Shown piece after piece: positions 1-9,972 of a stretch of 64,000 nucleotides of DNA (within the stretch, counting starts at the first letter, position 1; the number at the start of each line of letters is the position of its first letter). The position numbers were made by a program, and so were the translations under genes. The notes beneath the pieces are model-generated. The model was not told the origin of the DNA, did not search any database, and saw only the letters and a list, made by a program, of their open reading frames with translations. The stretch comes from Methanobacteriota archaeon (lineage in GTDB: Archaea > Thermoplasmatota > E2 > DHVEG-1), in the NCBI GenBank assembly GCA_963769885.1, contig CAVYNH010000006.1, positions 352,001 to 416,000 on the forward strand, given 5' to 3'.

Positions 1-554
1 TAGAAGACGCCAAGACCACCATTGATTTCCTCACCGGACTGAACGCAACCAACTCCACCTTCGGCGGCACCCTCGACCTCGGATGCGTCGGCATGTTCGG
101 CCACTCCTTCGGCGGCGGCAACACCGGCGTCTGCCTCCTCGAAGACGCCCGCGTCAAGGCCGGGCTGACCCTCGACGGCTACTTTACTCCTAGCTTCATG
201 AACGGCACCATCGACAAGCCCCTCCTCATGATGGTCCAGGAGGCACGCTTCGCGAACGACAGCAACACCATGTACGTCTGGAACCACACCTCCGCCGACG
301 TCTTCAAGGTCGGCATCAACGGCTCCACCCACTACGCCTTCACCGATGTCGGCGTCCTACTCTCCCACCTCGTCCCCCTCATCCCCCCCAAGCTCCTCGG
401 CTTCGGGACAATCCCGCCGAAGCGCATGGTGAACCTCACCCGAACCTATGAGGTCGCCTTCTTCGAAGTCTACCTCGACGGCAGGCCCCTCCAGGACCTC
501 CTCAACCTCTCCGCCCGCTTCCCTGAAGCCATGGTCGACTACCGACTCGGGTAG
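1..554 (+). CDS. Alpha/beta hydrolase (PAF-acetylhydrolase-like), 5' part outside the window
   Basis: Frame is open from base 3 (EDAKTTIDFL...). Nucleophile elbow GHSFGG, LDG, and GSTHYAFTD catalytic His region. Confidence 0.8.
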   Translation, partial: EDAKTTIDFLTGLNATNSTFGGTLDLGCVGMFGHSFGGGNTGVCLLEDARVKAGLTLDGYFTPSFMNGTIDKPLLMMVQEARFANDSNTMYVWNHTSADVFKVGINGSTHYAFTDVGVLLSHLVPLIPPKLLGFGTIPPKRMVNLTRTYEVAFFEVYLDGRPLQDLLNLSARFPEAMVDYRLG

Positions 555-561
555 ACCTATC

Positions 562-1017
562 ATGCCGCAGGCCGTCACCTGTGTCCTCATGCATCAGGGA
601 AAGGTGCTACTCCTGCGTCGCAGCGACCGCGTCCGCACCTACAAAGGCCTCTGGGGCGGCGTCGCCGGCTACGTCGAACCCGGCGAACAGCCCCTACAGA
701 CCGCCTACAAGGAGCTACGCGAGGAGACCGGCCTCACCCCCGACCTCGTCCGTCTCGTGGCCCAGGCAGAGCCGATTGCCTTTACCGACGTCTACCAAGG
801 TGAACGGTACGACTGGACCATCCATCCCTTCCTCTTCGAACTCCTCAAGGATAAAAACCTCAAGATCGACTGGGAACACTCAGAGTACCGCTGGGTAAAA
901 AACAAGGACCTCCCCGCCTACCAGACCGTCCCCCATTTCCCGGAGACCGTTCGACGCCTAACGCGGAAGAAGCGGATGGGGGAGCGTGGAGGTGTGGTGA
1001 GGAAGAGAGAGGAATGA
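562..1017 (+). CDS. NUDIX hydrolase
   Basis: Nudix box GYVEPGEQPLQTAYKELREETGL; DWEHSEYRW. ATG at 562 follows the upstream stop. Confidence 0.88.
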   Translation: MPQAVTCVLMHQGKVLLLRRSDRVRTYKGLWGGVAGYVEPGEQPLQTAYKELREETGLTPDLVRLVAQAEPIAFTDVYQGERYDWTIHPFLFELLKDKNLKIDWEHSEYRWVKNKDLPAYQTVPHFPETVRRLTRKKRMGERGGVVRKREE

Positions 1018-1038
1018 GAAATTGCAGGCTCCCCATCC
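974..1038 (-). ncRNA. Candidate ~65-nt stem-loop sRNA with pyrimidine-rich anti-SD-like loop
   Basis: Terminal inverted repeat GGATGGGG(G)AGC/GCTCCCCATCC. Minus-strand purine-rich BRE-like tract plus TTTAAATA (1068-1061) ends 22 nt before the stem. Confidence 0.45.
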
Positions 1039-1131
1039 ATAAAAAAAGTCTCTTTGTGAGTATTTAAATCTTCTCTTTACGATAGTTATCCATTTCATGA
1101 AAAAGAAAAGAGAAGAGCCCTCCTCCCAGGC

Positions 1132-1716
1132 CTAGTCTGCCGATGAGCGCTTATCCAACACATCCAAGATCCGCGAGATCTCCGCGGCCGTCTCCTCCAA
1201 CGGCCTGCTCGTATTGATGATGAACCACCCCGTCGCTAATCCGATCGCCTTCGACCGCACCTTCATGAACTCCTCCAACGTCTCAAACATCTCCGTCTCC
1301 GACCGCTGCTTGATCCGCTGCACCAGCTCCTGCGGCGACGCATCCAAAAAAAACAGATAACACGACGTCGGCACCAACTTCTCAAAAAACCGGTACCCCA
1401 GCCGCGCCAGCCGATGCGGCAGATACGCCGTCCCCATCAAATACCGCACCATGATCAACGTATCCGCCTGCGGATGCCGATAATACTTCCGCAGCGAATT
1501 CAACACATCCAACGCATAAAAAACACCGGCCCGCACCTGATTCAACCGCCCCTCCGCCAGCAGCGCCTGCTTCGCCCGACGACCATACAGGTTATCCACC
1601 GACGGATGCGACCGGACGATGACCGTCTCCCCCCGCGCCTCATACCGCTCCCTGATCAACGCCGCATGCGTATCCTTCCCCACCCCATCCAACCCATCCA
1701 CCACAATCAACCGCAC
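1132..1716 (-). CDS. tmk: Thymidylate kinase
   Basis: P-loop IVVDGLDGVGKDT; VRYLMGTAY equals the DRY-type motif; FLDASP. GTG start 1 nt after the upstream stop. Confidence 0.85.
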   Translation of the reverse strand: MRLIVVDGLDGVGKDTHAALIRERYEARGETVIVRSHPSVDNLYGRRAKQALLAEGRLNQVRAGVFYALDVLNSLRKYYRHPQADTLIMVRYLMGTAYLPHRLARLGYRFFEKLVPTSCYLFFLDASPQELVQRIKQRSETEMFETLEEFMKVRSKAIGLATGWFIINTSRPLEETAAEISRILDVLDKRSSAD

Positions 1717-1717
1717 C

Positions 1718-2410
1718 CTACACCACCACCAACAGCCAAAACACCACCGCCACCACGAACGGCACCGACAGATTATCCAACCCAAGCGGCGTCACCGCCT
1801 CCACCGCCGCCGCAAGCACAGAAATCCCCGCCAACGCCGCCAACAACACCGGCCACGACGGCAGCACGGAGACAGACCCGACCGCCAGATAAAACACCAC
1901 GGCAACAATCAACATCAGAAACGTCGCCAGCGCCATCACCAGCGACCCCACATAGCTCTTGGTATCATGAAACACCGTATACTTCCGTTTCCCATACTTC
2001 ACGCCAATCAGCGATGCCAGCCCATCCCCATACGACATCGCCAGAATCCCCGCCGCGATTATCACCCGTACATCAAAAAACACATACGCGAGCGCCGTCC
2101 ACGTGATCGCATAATACACCAGCCCCAGCCCATGCCCAGCCTCCGACGTCCGCCCCCGCAGCCGCTTCACCGGCGAATACGGACTCATCAAAAACGTAAA
2201 CAGGATAAACGGCCCCGCCGCCACAAACGCCATCACCCACCGCGTCTCAAACACCGGCAGCAAAAACGCCACATTCCCCGTCAAAATATGCAACAATTTC
2301 CGACTCTGCAACGGCCACCGCTTCGACAGCACCTTCTCCGTCAACACCAACAGAAACGCCACATACCCGTACACCACCGCGACACCAATCAGATCCCCGT
2401 ACCCAACCAC
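1718..2410 (-). CDS. CTP-dependent polyprenol/diacylglycerol kinase (SEC59/DGK1/VTE5 family), membrane protein
   Basis: SRKLLHI, GDGLASLIG, KSYVGS and DNLSVP motifs; multiple TM helices. Confidence 0.88.
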   Translation of the reverse strand: MVGYGDLIGVAVVYGYVAFLLVLTEKVLSKRWPLQSRKLLHILTGNVAFLLPVFETRWVMAFVAAGPFILFTFLMSPYSPVKRLRGRTSEAGHGLGLVYYAITWTALAYVFFDVRVIIAAGILAMSYGDGLASLIGVKYGKRKYTVFHDTKSYVGSLVMALATFLMLIVAVVFYLAVGSVSVLPSWPVLLAALAGISVLAAAVEAVTPLGLDNLSVPFVVAVVFWLLVVV

Positions 2411-2411
2411 C

Positions 2412-3305
2412 CTAGCCCACGCCTCCTATGAAGACACCGATCAAGAACCCAAACAACCCCACCGCCAACGCCAGCAGCGTCACCCGCCGCAGCCGCTTGA
2501 AATCCACATGACGATGCCGCAGCAGCTGCACCGACGCCCCGATCAACATCAAATCAGTCACCACGATGAACGCGAGATAAACGTAATTCCAATAATAGTG
2601 GTTCCCCGGCCAGTTCACCCCAAACGGCACGACACTCAACGCCACCGCAGCCAGATAAAACCCGACGGCCAACACCCCCGCCCCCCGCAGGCCCAGATAC
2701 CGCGGGAACGATTTCACCCCCATCGCCTCGTCGCCCGCAAAATCCTGGATATCCTTCATCACCTCCCGGCCGGCCCCGGCCAGGAACGCGATCACCGCCA
2801 CCATCAGGATCGACGGCTGTAACGCCCCAAGCCCGCCAGTGCGGGGGATGACGGCTACGCCGCCGAACACGAACGGGATCGCCATCACGTACGCGATGAA
2901 GAAGTTCCCGACCACCTTCACCCTCTTCAACACTACATCGTAGACCAACGCAAAGAGCGCCGTCACCACCGCGATGACAAAACACGGCAGGTTCACAAAG
3001 AACGCGGCCAGAAGCCCCAACGGGAACAACACCGCGGCGATGACAACCGTCGCTCGAGGCGACAAGTCACCGCGGACCAATGGCCGATCCACCCGTTTGT
3101 TCCGTCGATCGATTTCCAGATCGTAGTAATCGTTTAATGCAAACGTGCTCGCCTCCAGGAACAAGGCGACGCAGAACACCAACAGGAACATCGGCCATGG
3201 AGGCAAGGCCGGGACCGCGATGACCGCGCCGACCAGGATGCCCAACGCCAGCATCACGCCGTGCTCAAGCCGCAGCAGCTGCCAAATCGCCCTGGCTGTA
3301 TGCAT
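2412..3305 (-). CDS. UbiA-family prenyltransferase, probable digeranylgeranylglyceryl phosphate (DGGGP) synthase
   Basis: NDYYDLEIDRRNKRVDRPLVRG and REVMKDIQDFAGD Asp-rich motifs; adjacent to a geranylgeranyl reductase. Confidence 0.85.
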   Translation of the reverse strand: MHTARAIWQLLRLEHGVMLALGILVGAVIAVPALPPWPMFLLVFCVALFLEASTFALNDYYDLEIDRRNKRVDRPLVRGDLSPRATVVIAAVLFPLGLLAAFFVNLPCFVIAVVTALFALVYDVVLKRVKVVGNFFIAYVMAIPFVFGGVAVIPRTGGLGALQPSILMVAVIAFLAGAGREVMKDIQDFAGDEAMGVKSFPRYLGLRGAGVLAVGFYLAAVALSVVPFGVNWPGNHYYWNYVYLAFIVVTDLMLIGASVQLLRHRHVDFKRLRRVTLLALAVGLFGFLIGVFIGGVG

Positions 3306-3428
3306 ACCCAGCCCCACCAAATCACCAGAATCATTAAGAACTCATCGGCAACAATTCTTTCAATTATGACAAAACGTCTTTAAACTCATGCGCCGTTCCT
3401 TTCCGCAGGAACGAGAGCGAAAGGGGGC

Positions 3429-4454
3429 GTGGCTCGCATACGGGTGGATATCGTCGGCGGCAGTCTCAGCGGTCTCTGCACCGCGATTTCTCTGAAAAAG
3501 CACGACCCAGCCATCGACGTCGTCGTACACGAGAAATACAAACAGATCGGCTACAACCACGAGGGCCGGCGCTGCGGCGAAGCCCACAACGTCGAACGAG
3601 AATGGGCACACTGGAAACCCGAGCCTGCCAGCATCTTCAACGAGATCCATTCGGGCACAGTCACCATCGGCACCCATGACTACCATGCCTCGCAACCACC
3701 CGGCCGAGCGTACATTCTCAACCGCCAGGAATTTATCTGCCAGTTCTACCGTCAGGCACAACAACTGGGAGCGGCAATCCTCACCGGAGACCGAGTCAAG
3801 TCCGCAGATGACCTCGACGGAGACTTCATCGTTGATGCTTCCGGCTGCCCGAGCACCATCAAACGCGACCTCGGCTTGCCCCCGAGGTTCTATGGCACCA
3901 CGTATCAACAGACCATCGAGCATTCGAACTTCTATACTCCGCACATGGTTAGGATCATCTATACTCGTGACATGGGGTACTTTTGGATTTTCCCCCGGGA
4001 CCCGCAGAAACAGGAGATCAATCTCGGCATCGGCGTCCTCGGCGAACCAAACCACAACCTTAAAAACATCCTCGAGAAATTCAAAGCTGAACAAGGGATT
4101 AGCGGCGCCGTTAACTATACGGTCGGCGGGCTCGTCCCCCTGGGTCTGCAATATCCCCTTCGTCACGAGAACATCCTGTTCGTTGGTGATGCGGGAGTCG
4201 GCGCCTTTCCCTTTCTCGGCCAGGGCATCTACCGAGCCCTGCTCAGTGGCGACGCCGCCGGTAAATACCTCGCGCAACATCAACCAAAAAAATACCCGCT
4301 TGCCATGCAGCGTCTGTTCATCAAATGGGACGTGATTGGTCTTTTATTCATGAAAGCAAACATGTTACTTCGGAAAGTCCGTCCTACATTTTATCTTGAC
4401 TCCATGAACTTCCTGGCGCAGAGAGGAGGCGAGGAACTCAGCCTCTTCCATTAA
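3429..4454 (+). CDS. Geranylgeranyl reductase-family FAD-dependent oxidoreductase
   Basis: N-terminal Rossmann IVGGSLSG; CGEA, VDASG, GYFWIFP and VGDAGV...GQGI motifs. Confidence 0.82.
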   Translation: MARIRVDIVGGSLSGLCTAISLKKHDPAIDVVVHEKYKQIGYNHEGRRCGEAHNVEREWAHWKPEPASIFNEIHSGTVTIGTHDYHASQPPGRAYILNRQEFICQFYRQAQQLGAAILTGDRVKSADDLDGDFIVDASGCPSTIKRDLGLPPRFYGTTYQQTIEHSNFYTPHMVRIIYTRDMGYFWIFPRDPQKQEINLGIGVLGEPNHNLKNILEKFKAEQGISGAVNYTVGGLVPLGLQYPLRHENILFVGDAGVGAFPFLGQGIYRALLSGDAAGKYLAQHQPKKYPLAMQRLFIKWDVIGLLFMKANMLLRKVRPTFYLDSMNFLAQRGGEELSLFH

Positions 4455-4471
4455 CAAAACAGCTCAAGGGA

Positions 4472-5503
4472 TCATGGTTCGAGGATGACCTTGATGGAAT
4501 CCTGGGCGCTGGCGACCAGGGCGAAGCCCTTCGCCGCCTCCCGCAGAGGCAGACGGTGGGTGATCAGATCCGCGGTCTCTACCTGCTTGCTGGCGAGGAG
4601 ATTGATTGCCTCCGAGATGTCCCGGGGACTTCCCGCATAGGTTGAGACGAGTCGCAGCTGGCGGTTCCAGACGTCGAAGAGATCCACGGGGATCTTCGTT
4701 CCTGGTTCCGTCGGTGCGAAGAAGAGCACGGTCCCTCCCGGCCGGACGCTGGAGAGCGCCTGCTGCACGGCCGGTGGGGCTCCCGTGCAGGTCACGGCAA
4801 GGTCAACATATTGGCCCCCGGTCGCGTTTTTCACGGCGAGGGGGACGTCGTCTCGGGCGTTGATAGTGACGTCGGCCCCGCTTTTCTGGGCGGCCTTGAG
4901 GCGGTAGTCGGTGATGTCGGTGGCGATGATCTGGCGGGTGCCCCAGGCTCTGGCGAGCTTGATGAACAGGAGCCCGGAGATGCCGCTGCCGAGGACGAGG
5001 ATGCGTTGGCCTGCGGTGAAATTGGCCTGGTGGAGGCCGCGGATGACGCAGGCGAGCGGTTCGATGAAGACGCCGTCGTCGTAGGAGACGGAGTCCGGGA
5101 GTTTGAAGACGCCGCGGTCGACGTTGATGGCGGGGACGCGGAGGTACTCGACGAAGCCGCCGGGGTCGAAGTTCGTGGAGTGGAGGGTGTGGCAGAGGGT
5201 CTGTTGGCCGTGGAGGCAGTAGGTGCAGGTGTTGCAGGGGACGTGGTGGGAGATGAAGACGCGGTCGCCGACCTTGTAGTCGGTGATGTTCTTGCCGACT
5301 TTGGTGATGTCGCCGGTGATTTCGTGGCCGAGGACGCGGGGGGCTTTTTTGATGCGGTACCATTCCATGACGTCGCTGCCGCAGATGCCGCTGGCCTTGA
5401 CTTTGACGAGGAGCTCGTCGTCGGTGATGGTGGGGATGGGTCGTTGTTCGATGCGGACGTCGTGGTTGTTGTAGTAGACGGCGACGGTCATGGTGTTAGG
5501 CAT
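4472..5503 (-). CDS. Zn-dependent alcohol/polyol dehydrogenase (MDR; L-iditol/threonine dehydrogenase-like)
   Basis: GICGSD, GHE, structural CxxCxxC...C and GSGISG NAD-binding motifs. Confidence 0.92.
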   Translation of the reverse strand: MPNTMTVAVYYNNHDVRIEQRPIPTITDDELLVKVKASGICGSDVMEWYRIKKAPRVLGHEITGDITKVGKNITDYKVGDRVFISHHVPCNTCTYCLHGQQTLCHTLHSTNFDPGGFVEYLRVPAINVDRGVFKLPDSVSYDDGVFIEPLACVIRGLHQANFTAGQRILVLGSGISGLLFIKLARAWGTRQIIATDITDYRLKAAQKSGADVTINARDDVPLAVKNATGGQYVDLAVTCTGAPPAVQQALSSVRPGGTVLFFAPTEPGTKIPVDLFDVWNRQLRLVSTYAGSPRDISEAINLLASKQVETADLITHRLPLREAAKGFALVASAQDSIKVILEP

Positions 5504-5594
5504 AGCTGGTGGTCCTCGGGGTTTGGGTATAGGATGATGGGTTAATAAAAGTTCGAGGAGCCCTCGAGAGAAGGTCTGGGTGCGCCGAGGAGGT

Positions 5595-5912
5595 CTATCC
5601 GTAGGGGACGGCTTTTACGAATCCGAAGCCGCAAGGTTCCGTGCTGAGGTAAATGATGACGTTGGTGATGATGAAGCTTTCTTCTGAGTGGTACCGGGTA
5701 AGAGCAAGGGGATGGAACGTGATTGTGAAGAGGATGTAGGCCGTGAGGACAACGTTCGAACCGATGGTTTCGCTGTCGGTGCGACCGCGGAGAAACATCA
5801 GCTGTGATTCGATTGTCTTCGGTTAAAGTTTGGTGTAGCCTCAGTATCTCCAGGTAGAGTTAGCGCCGATGAGGATGTCTTAGAGGGTGAGGCCTTGGTC
5901 CTCGGGTGTCAT
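5595..5912 (-). pseudogene. Degenerate remnant of a beta-sandwich surface-protein domain
   Basis: One frame reads MTPEDQGLTL*DILIGANSTWRY*GYTKL*PKTIESQLMFLRG...LFTITFHPLA...PYG with three in-frame stops and host-like codon use. Confidence 0.35.
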
Positions 5913-5960
5913 TGTAAAAGTGTATTGTAAATCATTCTTTAATTGTAATAAAAGAGTATT

Positions 5961-5992
5961 AAAAAAAGGAAGAGGGGGGAGGAGGTCTCCCC
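5961..5992 (-). terminator. Hairpin plus T-tract terminator
   Basis: GGGGAG/CTCCCC stem followed on the minus strand by T7, downstream of the 1305-aa gene. Confidence 0.55.
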
Positions 5993-6006
5993 TTGGATTG
6001 TGGCTT

Positions 6007-9000
6007 TTACTTGAGACCGACAAGCTGTTTTGTGGGATTGGTGCTTGGGTTGCTTGGACTGCCTTGGGTGCTTCCTGAGCTTCCTTGGCCAGTGCTGCTG
6101 GGTGTGACTTGGGCGCTGGTCCCTGTGTTTCCGGCGTTGTCGTAGACGATGGCTTGGGCGACGTTTCCAGATCCGGAGTATCGGAACACATAGGGGGTTT
6201 CATTCACTGTACCGATGAAGTTGCCGTCGATGTAAAAGTCGACTCTAGCAATCCCGCTGGTTGCATCGGCGACCGTTGCGTTGAGGAGCCATCGAATCAG
6301 GCCGGTCCTGTTGACGGTGAGGGTGATGGTTGGTTTCGTTCGGTCTGATTTGAAGGTCACGGTTTTGTTGTCTTCTTTGTTGCCGCATTTGTCGATGGAG
6401 TAGTAGGTCAGCGTATGGATGGCGTCTTCGGTGACGAGGAACGGTACGGTGTAGGTTGTCCAGGGGTCGTCGTCGAGCTTGTATTTGGTGACAGCAATGC
6501 CTGCGGAGTCGTCTGTAGCGGTGAGGGTGATGCTGACCGCGCTGACGTACCAGTTGTTGTCTCCCATGGTGCCGCTGAGGGTGGATGTGGTCACCGGGGG
6601 TGTGGTGTCATGTGCGATGGTGAAGATGGCTTGTTTGGTGGCTTCTATGTTTCCTGCGAGGTCTTTACTGTAGTACGAGAAGGTGTAGTTGCCGTCTGCG
6701 GTGATGGTAATGGGTCCACCATACGCCGTCCAATTGGCGGTGTTGATCTTGTACATTGTGGCGTTCACTCCTGAGGTGGCGTCGGTAGTGTTCAGGAAAA
6801 TGGTGACGTTGGTGACGTATGTTCCATGGATTCCAATAAGTCCTTGAATGTCGATAGTCGTCGTTGGTGCGAGCTTGTCGATTTTCAGAGTCTGGGAGTG
6901 CGTTGTTTCTTGATGGCCGGCGTGGTCGATGCTATAGTATTGGACGGTGTGTTGGCCGGGGGTGGTAATGGCGAAGGGGGCGGTATAGATGTTCCAGCCT
7001 GTGTCCACCTTGTACCATGTCGTGTCAATGCCTGAGAGGGCATCGGTGGCTGTGAGAGTGACTGTGACGTTGCTGGTGTACCACGTGTTGTCGCCAAGGG
7101 TTCCGTTGATGATGATCGTGGTGACGGGGTTGACGGTGTCGAGGCCTGTGGATGCTTGGGCGCCGCCTGGGGTGGTTTGGACGTTGCCTTGGGTGTCGAT
7201 GGCGATGCTGTAGTATTGGTAGAAGCCATTGCTTCCGTTGAATGACCAGCTCCAGGGCCAGGTGTAGTCGGTGCTGTAGGCGGTCCATGCGGTCCAGTTC
7301 GTGCCGTGGGGTGAGTAGCGGTACCAGAGGGTGACGTTGGCGACGCCGGTGTTATCGTATGCGGTGGCTAAGATGTTGAAGGGTGCTGCGAGTTCCCATG
7401 TTGGGAGTGGACTGACTGAAGATGTAGGTTTATCGAACTCGGTGATGGTGAAGAAGTAGGTGCTGGAGATGGCGATATTTCCGCTGGTATCGTTTGCCCG
7501 AATGTGGTAGTAGTAGATGCCCATTGTTGAGTAAGTGTGGTTATAGTAGTAATGGCCGGTCATGGTCGCGTCGTGGGTGAATCCGTTGGGGTCGGTGATG
7601 TGGACCGTGACGGTTTTGACGCGGTTCCAGTTGTCCGTGACGGTGCAGCTGATGTTGACGGGTCTTGTGGTGTTCTGGACGTCTGGGGTTGCCTGGACTG
7701 CGGTGATGACGGGGGGAATGGTGTCGCGCGGGTTCATCAGTGGATAGTTATCGTGTCGGGCTGCGCCGCCTGGGATCGTGTAGGGGGTGTCTCCGATGCC
7801 GTCGCCGTTGGCGTCGATGCCTGTGTAATCGGACCAGAAGTTGCCCTCGCTGCCGTTGTCCCAGTAGTTGATGTATGTTCCCGTGCAGGCATCATAGCCG
7901 TTATTGACGACGTTAAAGCCGATATTATTGTGGTAGATCCGAGTTCCTCCGCAGTATGAGTAGCACATGACCCCGTAGCGGTTGTTGTAGATGTTGCAGT
8001 CTTTGACGAGGTTGTTGTGGGTCTGGTAGTCGAAGCGGATGCCGACGAAGTTGGTGTTGGTGCCGGTGAGGCCGTTGTTGTAGATGTTGCAGCCGATGAT
8101 GCTGTTGTTGACGTTGCCTTGGGACCAGTAGCCGGTTTGGTAGTTGTCGTGGAGGCTACAGTTGATGATCGTGTTGTAGGATGAGTCGTCCTGGGTTCGT
8201 ACGCCGGTGCTTTCGGCGTTGTTGTTGCCGTAGGATGTGCAGTTCATGATGGTGTTGTTTGCGGCTCGGACGTAGAGGTAGATGCCGTAGACGCTCGCTG
8301 AGAAGGTGCAGTCTTTGATCAGGCAGTTCGTTGAACCGATGATGAGGATTCCTGCCCCGTTATTGGAATTCTGAAAGTTTTGTACGGTGATGTTGTTGCA
8401 GTGGATCAAGGCGAGGAGGCCGATGTCGGTCACAGCGCCGTCGAGGACCTGATCCTGTTGGTTGACGAGGTAGTAGAGCGGTTTGCCGTTGATGATGTTG
8501 GAGGTGTCGATGTGGTTGGAGTCGTAATATTGCACGGCGTTTCCCATCATCCTGAAGTTGTACTGGTTGTTGTAGATGGTGTTGTTGTGCAGTGTGCAGT
8601 TGGTGGAGGTTGTGAGGAAAATGCCGCAGCCGGAGTATAGCGGGCATACTGTCGGCGGGGTGGAGCCTGTGCAGTTGTAGATTTCGTTGTCGAGGATTTC
8701 GCAATTAGTGCAGGCGAGGGCGTAGATGCCGAGGCCGACGGTGGTGGTGCCGACGAGGTTGTGGATGTCGTGGACGGTGCAGTTGATGACGCGGCTGTTC
8801 GTTGCCCGGGAGATATCGATGCCTGCTCTCGTATTGCCGTAGGTGATGCAATCCCTAACGGTGACGTTGTTTACATAGGGCGTAGAGGCGAGGAACAGGA
8901 GACCGGAGGCCCCGTTTTTGAGTGTGAATCCGCTCACGTTAAGCCTGCTTGACGTGATGTACATGACATTCCCGGTGCCGGAGCCGTCAATGATGACGGT

Positions 9001-9924
9001 GTTCTTGGAGGCACCGACCATCTCCACCTGTTTGTTCACGGTGACGTGTTCAACGTACGTGCCCGGGTAGACGTAGACGGTGTCGAATTCGCCTGACGAT
9101 GCATTGTTGACTCCTTCTTGGACAGCGTGGACGTGCCAGTGGTCGTACCATTCCGGTGGTCGGTCGTCGTCGACATAGACCACGGTTGGGGGCCCGAACG
9201 TGATGAAGGTCCAGAGCGGCCCGACTGTCTTAGCGCTTTGGTTGTCCCAGGCGACGATCCGCCAGTAGTAGAGGGTTTTATTGCTCAGGGTTCCGGGGGG
9301 GTCGTACGATGCTACGGATTGGTTCGATGACACTTTCGGCGGTGGCGAGGTCGTTCCGAAGTAGACGTCGTAGGTGAGAGGGCCACCTTCCGGGTCCTCA
9401 CAGGTCCAGCTCAGGTTCGTGTTGTTTGAGATGCCGGTGGCGCCGTTGGCTGGGCTGGGGTTTGACGGATTCCGGGGGGGATCATTGACGCCCAAGGTGA
9501 GATTGAGTTGGGTGGTAGCGCTCTGTTTGAAGTACGAGATTTCGCCGCAGTAGTGGTTATTGATCCAGAAGGTGATAAGGAGGCCGTTCTGGGCGTTGAC
9601 GCCGGCGCAGTCCAGTTTTGGGTCGGGGACGCCGTAGTAGCCTGCCTGGGTGGTATAGATCGGGTTGTTTGTTCCGTTGGCAATCGGTGGTGGCCCGCGG
9701 GCGTTGACTTTTGTTCCAACTGGTGCTGGAGAGCCATTAATACTGATGGTCCCGTAGAAATAGTTGTGGTACATGGGTGGTAAAGGACCACCTTTTGTGG
9801 TTCTTTCAACTCCAACTGCGTTGCTTGTGTCAAATTTCGCGAACACACCTGCCCCTGGTAGGATGAATGCTAAAGCAATAGCGACTGCGATGGCCGCCTT
9901 TAGCATCGCCGATTTTTTTCTCAT
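6007..9924 (-). CDS. Large secreted surface protein: Fn3-like domain, NosD/CASH parallel beta-helix, three OmpL47-type/Ig-like repeats
   Basis: Signal peptide; YVYPGTYVEHV; NYWDNGSEGNFWSDYTGIDANGDGIGDTPY; repeated (D)TxxPxTT...WYxSxVxVTLTATD...YYSxDxAGxxE. Confidence 0.85.
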   Translation of the reverse strand: MRKKSAMLKAAIAVAIALAFILPGAGVFAKFDTSNAVGVERTTKGGPLPPMYHNYFYGTISINGSPAPVGTKVNARGPPPIANGTNNPIYTTQAGYYGVPDPKLDCAGVNAQNGLLITFWINNHYCGEISYFKQSATTQLNLTLGVNDPPRNPSNPSPANGATGISNNTNLSWTCEDPEGGPLTYDVYFGTTSPPPKVSSNQSVASYDPPGTLSNKTLYYWRIVAWDNQSAKTVGPLWTFITFGPPTVVYVDDDRPPEWYDHWHVHAVQEGVNNASSGEFDTVYVYPGTYVEHVTVNKQVEMVGASKNTVIIDGSGTGNVMYITSSRLNVSGFTLKNGASGLLFLASTPYVNNVTVRDCITYGNTRAGIDISRATNSRVINCTVHDIHNLVGTTTVGLGIYALACTNCEILDNEIYNCTGSTPPTVCPLYSGCGIFLTTSTNCTLHNNTIYNNQYNFRMMGNAVQYYDSNHIDTSNIINGKPLYYLVNQQDQVLDGAVTDIGLLALIHCNNITVQNFQNSNNGAGILIIGSTNCLIKDCTFSASVYGIYLYVRAANNTIMNCTSYGNNNAESTGVRTQDDSSYNTIINCSLHDNYQTGYWSQGNVNNSIIGCNIYNNGLTGTNTNFVGIRFDYQTHNNLVKDCNIYNNRYGVMCYSYCGGTRIYHNNIGFNVVNNGYDACTGTYINYWDNGSEGNFWSDYTGIDANGDGIGDTPYTIPGGAARHDNYPLMNPRDTIPPVITAVQATPDVQNTTRPVNISCTVTDNWNRVKTVTVHITDPNGFTHDATMTGHYYYNHTYSTMGIYYYHIRANDTSGNIAISSTYFFTITEFDKPTSSVSPLPTWELAAPFNILATAYDNTGVANVTLWYRYSPHGTNWTAWTAYSTDYTWPWSWSFNGSNGFYQYYSIAIDTQGNVQTTPGGAQASTGLDTVNPVTTIIINGTLGDNTWYTSNVTVTLTATDALSGIDTTWYKVDTGWNIYTAPFAITTPGQHTVQYYSIDHAGHQETTHSQTLKIDKLAPTTTIDIQGLIGIHGTYVTNVTIFLNTTDATSGVNATMYKINTANWTAYGGPITITADGNYTFSYYSKDLAGNIEATKQAIFTIAHDTTPPVTTSTLSGTMGDNNWYVSAVSITLTATDDSAGIAVTKYKLDDDPWTTYTVPFLVTEDAIHTLTYYSIDKCGNKEDNKTVTFKSDRTKPTITLTVNRTGLIRWLLNATVADATSGIARVDFYIDGNFIGTVNETPYVFRYSGSGNVAQAIVYDNAGNTGTSAQVTPSSTGQGSSGSTQGSPSNPSTNPTKQLVGLK

Positions 9925-9972
9925 AGTTTCTCACTTTTTTTCATATTTTTAGGATTCTGTAGGGATTACGCC

